Positions 55,423 through 64,000 of a stretch of 64,000 bases of DNA are shown here, piece by piece. A program made the position numbers and the translations under genes. Each line of letters begins with the position of its first letter. The first letter of the stretch is position 1. Location: assembly GCA_963732795.1 (NCBI GenBank), contig CAVTAV010000001.1, positions 230,927 to 294,926 of the forward strand, in the 5' to 3' direction. Below the pieces are notes generated by a model. It was given only the letters and a program-made list of their open reading frames with translations. It was not told the DNA's origin and did no database searches. This stretch comes from an uncultured Alphaproteobacteria bacterium. Its GTDB lineage: Bacteria; Pseudomonadota; Alphaproteobacteria; CAVTAV01.

Positions 55423-56350
55423 ATGGCGAACGCCCCGAGCCGCCTCGCGCTGTCCGACATCATCGAAGGCGGCAAACCGGCCCTGGCCCGCGCGTTGACG
55501 GCGCTCGAGCGCAAGCCCGAGGCGCCCGAGACGCTGGACCTTCTGGACGACGCCTTCGCCCATCCCAAGGCCCATGTCATCGGACTGACCGGCCCGCCCG
55601 GCGTCGGCAAATCCACGCTCGCGCGGGCCCTGATCGCGGCGTGGCGAGGCGAGGGCCTTACCGTCGGCGTGATCGCGGTCGATCCGTCCTCCAAGGTCAG
55701 CGGCGGCGCGCTTCTTGGCGATCGGGTGCGGCTCGCGACCGATCCCGAGGACGACGGCCTCTTCGTCCGCTCCATGGCGGCGCGCGACCGGCTCGGGCGG
55801 CCTCGCCCATCAGACCATCGCCGGCATGGTGCTGATGCGGGCCGTGTTCGACCGGGTACTGATCGAGACCGTCGGCGTCGGCCAGTCCGAGACCGACATC
55901 GCCCATGTCGCCGATACGGTGGTCTTCTGCGTCCAGCCGGGATCGGGCGACAGCCTGCAATTCATGAAGGCGGGGATCGTCGAAATTCCGGATATCGCCG
56001 TCGTCACCAAAGCCGATCTCGGCGACGCCGCCCGGCGGGCCAAGAACGACGTCAAATCGGCCCTCGGGCTTTCCGGCAAATCAAGCAGCGGCTGGCAGGT
56101 GCCCGTCCTCATGGTGTCCTCGACGACAAGGGGAAGGGATCGCCCGCGCTGATCGAGGCCGTCGTCGACACGGCGATCAACCCGGGCCGCGCCGAACGCC
56201 GCGCCGAGCAAGCGGCCCATCTGGCTGAAGGATGCGATCCGCCTGCGCTTCGGGAGCGAAGGCCTCAAACGCGCAGGCCCTGATCTCGTGCTCGAACCGC
56301 GCGCCTCGCCCTTCCGCCGTGAAGCCGAAATCGCCCGCGATCTCAGATAA
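55423..56350 (+). pseudogene. meaB: Methylmalonyl-CoA mutase-associated GTPase MeaB/ArgK, frameshifts
   Basis: Walker A GLTGPPGVGKSTL. ...IETVGVGQSE... and ...VVTKADLGD... lie in a second frame. The C-terminus is in a third frame. Confidence 0.72.
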
Positions 56351-56357
56351 GTGCCAC

Positions 56358-56379
56358 CCTTCTCCCGACAGGGAGAAGG
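56358..56379. terminator. Stem-loop CCTTCTCCC-gaca-GGGAGAAGG between convergent genes
   Basis: Perfect 9-bp arms identical to the hairpin at 32021-32044, followed by a T-rich stretch. Confidence 0.45.
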
Positions 56380-56399
56380 CCTACTTCCCTAATTCTGGC

Positions 56400-56730
56400 T
56401 TATTTCTGGAACGGGCCTTTGACCGGCGGGTTCGGGTCGATTTCGTAGTTCTTGAGCCGGCAGTTTTTCATGCGCATCGGGCTGGTTGGATTCCCGGCAC
56501 TTTCTGTCGAGATCCTCCTGCTGCATGCGCGACATGGCGGCGCGGACGCGTTTGTATTCGGCGACGTCGGCGTCGTTGTGTTGGGCGCAGGTCGCCGCGT
56601 CCTTCTGGGCGATCTCGGTGCACCATCGGTCGAAGGTGAAATCGTCGAGGATATCGGCGCGCGAGGACGGTATAGCCAGGCCCACGGCGAGAACGACGCC
56701 TGCAAGGCCTGCAAAGATGACATGTTTCAT
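56400..56730 (-). pseudogene. Small secreted hypothetical protein, probable frameshift
   Basis: MKHVIFAGLAGVVLAVGLAIPSSRADILDDFTFDRWCTEIAQKDAATCAQHNDADVAEYKRVRAAMSRMQQEDLDRKCRE.... The C-terminal ...MRMKNCRLKNYEIDPNPPVKGPFQK is in a second frame. Confidence 0.4.
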
Positions 56731-57018
56731 TGGCTTAAACTGATTACCAAAATGACCGCCAAAACCACGGCCCCTAGAAGGATATAAGTGGTCAACGAGC
56801 TGCTTTTTAGTTTCTTGCGCTTCAAATCCGCCTCCCCTGCGAATTATCGAAGCCCAGCCTCCGCCGTCTCCCGCGCCCACCGGCGTTTACAGCCCACGAA
56901 CCCAAGAATACTATGCTTCGCTGCGGCCCGAACGCAACACTCGCGGCCGTCACCGAAATGTCACAGCACCCGGGAACCGAAGGAACCGAGCCCGACTTCG
57001 GCCGTTTGTGAGAAGGAC

Positions 57019-59679
57019 ATGTTGAACGATAAACCCGCCGCGATCCTCCGTACGGACTATCGCCCGCCGGCATTCTCCATCGATACCGTCGATCTCGAAT
57101 TCGAGCTTGAGCCGGCCGCGACCCGGGTCCGGGCGAAGCTCGCCGTCAGGCGCGCCGCCCATGCGGACGCCCTCGGCAAGCCCTTGCATCTCGACGGCGA
57201 GGGGCTGGAGCTTCAGCGCGTGCGCGATCGACGGGCGGCTGCTGAACCCGAACGAATTCCAGGTCGATTCCGAGGGACTGACGATCCCGAGCGTGCCCGA
57301 CGCCTTCGAACTCGAAACCGACGTCGTGATCCGGCCGAAGGACAATACCGAGCTTTCGGGCCTTTATGTCTCGAACGGCATGTTCTGCACCCAGTGCGAG
57401 GCCGAGGGCTTCCGCCGCATCACCTATTTCATCGACCGGCCGGACGTCATGTCGCGCTACACGGGTCCGGATGACCGCCGACGCGGCGGCATTTCCCGGT
57501 GCTCCTGTCGAACGGCAACCATGTCGACGGCGGGACGCTCGCCGATGGCCGGCACTGGGCCGAATGGCGCGATCCGTTCCCCAAGCCCTGCTATCTCTTC
57601 GCGCTCGTTGCGGGCGACCTCAACTATCTCGAGGACGAGTTCAGGACCATGTCCGGCCGCGACGTGACCTTGCGGATCTATGCCCGCGCCGACGACGTGA
57701 ACAAATGCGGCCACGCCATGCAGTCCCTCAAGAAGGCGATGGCCTGGGACGAGAAGGTCTTCGGCCTCGAATACGATCTCGACGTGTTCAACATCGTCGC
57801 GGTCGGCGACTTCAACATGGGCGCGATGGAGAACAAGAGCCTCAACATCTTCAATACGAGCTACATCCTCGCCCGGCCGGAGACCGCGACCGACACCAAT
57901 TTCGCCAATGTCGAAGGCGTGGTCGCCCACGAATATTTCCATAACTGGACCGGCGACCGCGTGACCTGCCGCGACTGGTTCCAGCTCAGCCTCAAGGAAG
58001 GCCTGACGGTCTTCCGCGACCAGGAATTCTCCTCCGACATGGGCTCGCGGGCGGCCAAGCGCATCGCCGATGTCCGGGGGCTGCGTTCATCGCAGTTCGC
58101 CGAGGATTCGAGCCCGATGGCGCATCCCGTGCGGCCGGAATCCTATATCGAAATCAATAACTTCTACACGGCGACCGTCTACAACAAAGGCGCCGAGGTC
58201 ATCCGCATGATGCATCGGCTCTTGGGAAAAGACGGCTTCCGCAAGGGCATGGATCTCTATTTCAAGCGCCATGACGGCCAGGCGGTCACCTGCGACGATT
58301 TCGTCGCCGCGATGGAAGATGCGAACGGCGCCGATCTCGGCCAGTTCCGCCTGTGGTATTCCCAGGCCGGCACGCCGGAGCTCGACGTCACGGGCCATTA
58401 CGATGAAGCCGCACGGACCTTCGACCTGACCGTCGCCCAGCATGTCCCCGACACGCCGGGCCAGACCAACAAGAAGCCGATGCATATCCCGCTGGCGGTC
58501 GGCCTTCTGGACGAGACCGGCGACGAGATGGCGCTGAAGCTCGATGGCGTCGAGGGCACGGCGACGACCCAGGTGCTCGACGTCCGCGAAGCCAAGCAAA
58601 CCTTCCGGTTCCGCGATGTGCCGCACAAGCCGGTGCCGTCGCTGCTCCGGGATTTCTCCGCCCCTGTACGGCTCAAGGCCGATCTGGACGACGACGCGCT
58701 CATCTTTCTCATGGGACATGACGGCGACCCGTTTAACCGCTGGGAGGCGGGTCAGCAGCTCGGCGTGCGGCTCATGCTGCAGATGGTCGAGCGTTATCGG
58801 CGGCAGGAGAAGCTCTCGCTGGAACAGGGCTATGTCGAGGCGCTGCGCAAGACCCTGACCGATCCGTCGCTCGACAAGGCCTTCATCGCCGACGTTCTGT
58901 CGCTGCCGTCCGAGCCCTATCTCGGCCAGAACATGGAGCAGATCGACGTCGAGGCGATCCACGAGGTGCGGTCCTTCGTCCGGGGCCAAATCGCCCACGC
59001 GCTCAAATCCGAGTTCGAGGCGGCCTATCGCGACAACGCGATCAAGGGGCCCTATGCCTTCGAGCCCAAATCGGTCGGCCGGCGCAGTCTGAAGAACAGC
59101 GCCTTGTCCTACCTCGCTTTCGGCGATCCGGACGCCACGGGCGAAGGCAGCCCGGTGGACCTTTGCCTCAAGCAGTTCCGCGGCGCCGACAATATGACAG
59201 ACGAGCTCGGAGCCCTGAGCGTGCTGTCCCATATCGACCGGCCGGAGCGGGCCGAGGCGATGGCCGAGTTCTACGACAAATGGCGCAAGGACGCCCTCGC
59301 GGTCGACAAATGGTTCGCGCTCCAGGCCATGTCCGAGCGGAAGGGCGCGATCGAGGACGTGAAGCAGCTCCTCAGCCACCCAGCATATGACCGGCGCAAT
59401 CCGAACAAGGTTCGGGCGTTGGTCGGCGCGTTCTGCTTCAACAATCCCACCGGATTCCATGACGCGAGCGGGGCCGGCTACGAGTTCCTGGCCGACCGGG
59501 TGCTGGAGCTCGATCCGATGAATCCGCAGGTTTCGGCGCGGCTGGCGGGCGCGCTCGGCCGCTGGCGGAAATACGACCCGGCCCGCCAGACGCTGATGAA
59601 AGCGGCCTTGGAGCGCATCGTGGCGAGCCCGAACCTCTCGAAGGATGTCTACGAAATCGTCTCGAAAAGTCTCGTTTAA
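57019..59679 (+). pseudogene. pepN: Aminopeptidase N (M1 family), frameshifts in the N-terminal region
   Basis: MLNDKPAAILRTDYRPPAFSIDTVDLEFEL.... [10 protein letters not shown] (HExxH) with ...[15 protein letters not shown] (the Glu in LTVFRDQEF is the third Zn ligand). The C-terminal 720 aa are intact (57499-59679). Confidence 0.82.
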
Positions 59680-59890
59680 GGCCTGTTCTTCGACGTTTCT
59701 TCAGAAAGTTGACACAACAATTCCCTTTGCCGGGGCTTTGGCATAGGATGCGCGCCGACTCGCGCGCGGCCGCGTAACGCCCCCGTTTCAGGCCTTTAGC
59801 GGGACAATTTCTATCGTTTGGGGCACTCCCCTGGCTCTCGGCGCCCGGTACGGCGCTTTATGTCCGAGGGAACGGCTGGAAAGACCAGGG

Positions 59891-61333
59891 ATGGACGACG
59901 CTCTCGAGCAAAGAACCCGGCTGATTACCGAGGGCTCGCTCCTGAAGGCGCTGTTGCGCCTGGCGGTGCCGATCATCGTCGCGCAGTCGCTGACGACCTC
60001 CTATCAGCTCGTGAATACGTTCTGGGTCGGCCGGCTCGGCGCGGCGGCGGTTGCGGCGATTTCGCTCAGCGGGCCGCTGGTGTTCCTGCTGATCTCGCTC
60101 GGCGGCGGGCTGTCGATCGCGGGCGCGGTGTTCGTGGCGCAATATTCGGGAGCGCGCCAGCGCGACAAGGTCAATCACGTCGCGGCCCAGACCATCCTGA
60201 TGGTCGCCTGTATCGGCGTCTGCTTCACGATCATCGGCGTGCTGAGCGCGTCCCATGTGCTGAGGTTCATGGGCGTGGGGCCGGAGCTGATGCCTAAGGC
60301 CTTGGCCTACCTGCACATTTCCTATCTCGGCGTGCCCCTGTTCTTCGGCTTCCTGATCTTCCAGTCGGTGCTGCAGGGCGTCGGCGAGGTTCGTTATCCG
60401 CTCTATGTCGTGAGCTGCAGCGTGGCGTTGAACGCCGTCCTCGACCCGCTTTTCATCTTCGGATGGGGTCCGATCCAGGGGCATGGGGTGGTCGGCGCCG
60501 CGGTCGCCACCCTCTGCTGCCAGGCCTTCACGGCGATCGCCGGCATGAGCGTGCTGTTCACCGGCCGCTACGGCGTCCATCTGAGGCCGCACAATTTCAA
60601 GCCGGATTTCCCGTTCATGAAGCGCGCGGTGATGCTGGGCGTGCCGGCTTCGGTCGAGCAGTCCGCCCGGTCCTTGGGCGCGCTGTTCCTCACCACGCTC
60701 GCCACGAGTTTCGGCACCGTGCCGCTCGCCGCCTACGGCTTGGGCGTGCGAATCCTGATGTTTTTCTTCCTGCCCATGATGGGCCTCTCGGCCTCGACCG
60801 CAACCGTCATCGCCCAGAATATCGGGGCGGGCCGGATGGACCGCGCGGAGCAGGGCGCCAAAGTCGCCGGCTGGCTCGGCTTCCTGTCGCTGACCGGGCT
60901 TGGCCTCATCTTCTGGCCGATCGCCGGGCCGTTCAGCCATTTCCTGGTGCCGGCCGACGACAATGTCGCCCGGCTCGGCGCGCAGTTCTGCCATGTCGTG
61001 GCGCCGGCCTTCGGGATCATCTGCACCCAACAGGTGTTCTCGGGCGTCTTTCGCGGCTCGGGCCGCACCCTGACGGCGATGTTTCTCTCGATCATGGGCC
61101 AGTGGCTGCTGCAAATCCCGCTGTCCTATTTCCTGAGCATCCATTTGCACCTCGGCGTGTCCGGCCTGTGGTGGGGCTATCCGGCGGCGGGCGTGGTCTC
61201 GCTGGTGATTACCATGTGGTGGTTCTCGCTCGGCAAATGGAAGAATCGCAGCCTGACGGACGAATCAACATTCCCGGGCCGGATGCCGGGGGCCGCACCG
61301 GGCCCCGCGCCGATGGAGGAAGGCGGCCTTTGA
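59891..61333 (+). CDS. MATE-family efflux transporter
   Basis: 480-aa intact 12-TM ORF with the typical MATE N-terminus ...LLKALLRLAVPIIVAQSLTTSYQLVNTFWVGRLG. Confidence 0.8.
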   Translation: MDDALEQRTRLITEGSLLKALLRLAVPIIVAQSLTTSYQLVNTFWVGRLGAAAVAAISLSGPLVFLLISLGGGLSIAGAVFVAQYSGARQRDKVNHVAAQTILMVACIGVCFTIIGVLSASHVLRFMGVGPELMPKALAYLHISYLGVPLFFGFLIFQSVLQGVGEVRYPLYVVSCSVALNAVLDPLFIFGWGPIQGHGVVGAAVATLCCQAFTAIAGMSVLFTGRYGVHLRPHNFKPDFPFMKRAVMLGVPASVEQSARSLGALFLTTLATSFGTVPLAAYGLGVRILMFFFLPMMGLSASTATVIAQNIGAGRMDRAEQGAKVAGWLGFLSLTGLGLIFWPIAGPFSHFLVPADDNVARLGAQFCHVVAPAFGIICTQQVFSGVFRGSGRTLTAMFLSIMGQWLLQIPLSYFLSIHLHLGVSGLWWGYPAAGVVSLVITMWWFSLGKWKNRSLTDESTFPGRMPGAAPGPAPMEEGGL

Positions 61334-61673
61334 TCGCCCGAGAAGCGCGGCGTCTGGCGGGGTTATGGGCAGTCGCGCCGGGGCCAATCAACATGTCGTC
61401 GGGCGATCACAAGAAGTTGACATGTTCGACATTAAAATGATGCCCAGCAGAATTATCCTGTTGGCCGCACGGGCGATTGCGTTATTTTAGTTTATAGGCG
61501 GGTCGGCAAAGGATTGTCCGTTCCCGTCCGTGAAATCGTAATTGGGCGTCGCGACGGCGCCTTCCCCCTAAGGGAAGTCACTTCGGTCCGTTCGACGCAC
61601 GAGTATTCTGCGGCGGGGTTCGGGCGTAAGGTCATTGGCGGCACCGGAAAGGGTGCAAAGGGTATTTCTGTTT

Positions 61674-62816
61674 ATGGCTGGCATTCGCAAACATCCAATC
61701 CTCACCCTGGCGATTTTGTTCGCGATCGGGCTCGCCGGCGCGTTCGGCTATCGCTTCTACTCCGACCAGAATCAGAAGATCGGCTTCAGGTCGGGCCCGA
61801 CGCCGGTGGTGGCGGCCGCCGCGCAGAATGTCGAATTCGTCGATCGGATCAGCTCCGTCGGCACCGCCGAGGCCAACGAGTTGGTCACGTTGACCGCAAA
61901 GGTTACCGAGACCGTTCGCAATGTCCGGTTCAGTGACGGCGACTATGTCGAGAAGGGCGACATTCTGGTCGAGATGACCAACGCCCAGGAAAACGCGATG
62001 CTTTCCCAGGCCGAAGGCAATCTTCAGCAGGCCCAGCGGAAATTCGAGCGCACCACGGACCTGGTCAAGCGCGGCATCGCCCCGGCCTCGCAGCTGGACA
62101 CCGACACTGCCGGCCTCAAATCCGCGAAGGCGCAGGTCGATTCGGTTCTTGCCCAGTTGAGCGACCGGGTCATCCGCGCGCCGTTCTCCGGCGTCCTGGG
62201 TTTCCGCGGCGTCAGCCAGGGCACCCTGCTCACGCCGACGACGCCGATCACCACCCTCGACGATATCAGCGTCATCAAGCTCGATTTCGCCGTGCCCGAG
62301 CTCAATCTCGCTGTGCTTCACCCCGGCCTCGAGATCCAGGCGACGAGCTCCGCCTATCCGGACAAGGTGTTCAAGGGCATCGTGCGCACCGTCAATTCGC
62401 GCGTCGATCCGGCGACCCGGGCGGTCACCGTCCGCGCCGAGGTCAAGAACCCGAACCGCCTGCTCCGGCCCGGCATGCTGCTCAATGTCAGCCTGATCCA
62501 GAGCAAGGGCATGGTTCTGGCCATTCCCGAAGGCGCGCTGGTTCCGGTCCAGGACAAGCAGTTTGTCTATGTGCTCGACGCCGACAACACCGTTCACCGC
62601 AAGGAAGTCGAGATCGGCCGCCGCCGGCCCGGCATGGTCGAGGTTGTCGACGGCCTGAAGGCGGGCGACAAGGTCATCTCCCAGGGGACGCTGGACATCC
62701 GCGACGGCGACAAGGTGGAAGTCGTCTCCCAGGAGAAGCCTCTTGTCGGCGACACCGGGACGCCGGGCGAACAGGAAACACCGACGCCGTCACCGGCGGC
62801 TCAGCTCGGCGGGTAG
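61674..62816 (+). CDS. Efflux RND transporter periplasmic adaptor subunit (membrane fusion protein)
   Basis: N-terminal TM, coiled-coil, then ...VIRAPFSGVLGFRGVSQGTLL... and the ...VLAIPEGALVPVQDKQFVYVL... beta-barrel/MP domain patterns. Confidence 0.8.
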   Translation: MAGIRKHPILTLAILFAIGLAGAFGYRFYSDQNQKIGFRSGPTPVVAAAAQNVEFVDRISSVGTAEANELVTLTAKVTETVRNVRFSDGDYVEKGDILVEMTNAQENAMLSQAEGNLQQAQRKFERTTDLVKRGIAPASQLDTDTAGLKSAKAQVDSVLAQLSDRVIRAPFSGVLGFRGVSQGTLLTPTTPITTLDDISVIKLDFAVPELNLAVLHPGLEIQATSSAYPDKVFKGIVRTVNSRVDPATRAVTVRAEVKNPNRLLRPGMLLNVSLIQSKGMVLAIPEGALVPVQDKQFVYVLDADNTVHRKEVEIGRRRPGMVEVVDGLKAGDKVISQGTLDIRDGDKVEVVSQEKPLVGDTGTPGEQETPTPSPAAQLGG

Positions 62817-62857
62817 GAACCCAGGCGCGGGGGAGGCGGGGAGCGAGGGGACCAGAC

Positions 62858-64000
62858 ATGCTCTTATCCGACGTGTCCGTGAAGCGGCCCGTCCTTGCTG
62901 CGGTCGTCAGCCTTCTATTGGTCGTTTTCGGCATTCTCGCCTTTCGGGCGCTGCCGCTCCGCGAATATCCCGATATTTCCCCGCCTATCGTCTCGATCTC
63001 GACGAATTATCCCGGCGCCTCGGCCGACGTGGTCGAAAGCCAGATCACCGAGATCATCGAAGATCAGATCAGCGGCATCGAAGGCGTTCGCACGATCGAG
63101 TCCACCAGCCGGCAGGGCCAATCCCACATCACCATCGAGTTCAATCTCGACCGCGATGTCGATGTCGCGGCGAATGACGTCAGAGACCGTGTCTCGCGGC
63201 TGCTGAACAATCTGCCGGAAGACGTCGATCCGCCCGAGATCGCCAAGGCCGATACCGAGAGCGACGTCCAGGTCTGGATTCACCTGACCTCGCCGACCAT
63301 GACCCAGATGCAGCTGACCGATTACGCCAAGCGCAATATCGCGGACCAGCTCAGCGTGCTCGACGGCGTGGCGGCGGTCCGCGTGATGGGCCAGGAGCCG
63401 TCGATGCGGATCTGGCTCAACAAGGTTGCGATGGCCGCGCGCGGCATCACCGTGCAGGATGTCGAGACGGCGCTCCGGTCCCAGAATGTCGAGTTCCCGG
63501 CCGGCCGGGTCGAGTTCGACCGAGCGGGAATTCACCGTTCGCGTCATCCGCTCCTATTCGACGCCGCAGGAATTCTCCAATCTCGTCCTGAAGCGCGGCG
63601 ACGACGGCCATCTCGTGCGGCTCGGCGAGATCGCCAAGGTCGAGATTGCGCCGGCCAATGTCCGCAGCGTGTTCCGGGGCAACGGCCGGACGATGATCGG
63701 CATCGGCATCATCAAGCAGTCCAAGGCCAACGAGCTGGACGTCTCGAAGCTCGTCCATGCCGAGGCCGACCGGATTCAAAAGACGCTGCCGGAAGACATG
63801 GAGATGGTCATCAACGTCGATAACTCCGTCTTCGTCCGGGAGGCCCTGAAGGAGGTCTTCAAGACCCTCGGCATCGCGATGGTGCTCGTGGTCGGCGTGA
63901 TCTACCTGTTCCTCGGCACCTTGCGCGCGACCATCATTCCGGCGGTGACCGTGCCGGTCTGCCTGATCTCGTCGTTCATTTTCATTGCCGCGCTCGGCTA
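62858..64000 (+). pseudogene. RND efflux permease (AcrB/HAE1-like), N-terminal part. One frameshift near 63530, and the gene continues beyond the window end
   Basis: MLLSDVSVKRPVLAAVVSLLLVVFGILAFRALPLREYPDISPPIVSISTNYPGASADVVESQITE..., the canonical RND N-terminus. The continuation ...VRVIRSYSTPQEFSNLVLKRGDDGHLVRLGEIAKV is in a second frame. Confidence 0.75.

Noticed and set aside
59858-62597. Minus-strand ORFs 59858..61150 and 61632..62597
   Set aside because: They are antisense to the MATE transporter and RND adaptor genes and have an Arg/Gly/Asp/His-rich composition.

Overview
This is a high-GC alphaproteobacterial chromosomal segment, Rhizobiales- or Caulobacterales-like, and most of it is housekeeping. 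It carries rpsD (partial), trmJ-like, cysS, gltX, nadE, a class-II DAHP synthase, gor, wecB, glmS and glmU, glyQ-glyS-ppdK-meaB, pepN, fhs, msrA, sppA and a single tRNA-Val(CAC). The main accessory locus is at 1.0-5.3 kb: a divergent sigF-nrsF pair (ECF sigma factor with a DUF1109 anti-sigma factor) next to a complete DUF2282/DUF692/DUF2063/DoxX operon of the bufferin/gig type, a copper-associated RiPP metallophore system. That operon has two tandem signal-peptide Cys4 precursor genes, and each is preceded by an exact GTAACC-N16-CGAA ECF-type promoter. About 25 genes, including unquestionably essential ones (cysS, gltX, glyQ, glyS, nadE, glmS, glmU), are broken by 1-bp indels. That is much more likely sequencing or assembly error than real pseudogenisation, so the pseudogene calls below mean 'interrupted in this sequence'. 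Other content: a hypothetical protein with degenerate GGDEF-like (EGDDY) and EAL-like regions, a frameshifted Trp-halogenase homologue just downstream of the tRNA, an Asp/Asn beta-hydroxylase-PDZ fusion, a YtrA-GntR/ABC-2 operon, a CoA-transferase/citryl-CoA-lyase-like pair, two tandem MFS transporters, and a REC-PAS-GGDEF-EAL regulator. There is a dispersed ~100-bp hairpin repeat family (three copies) plus other composite palindromes. I saw no CRISPR array, IS element or prophage. The window ends inside an RND efflux operon (MATE, then MFP and an RND pump).
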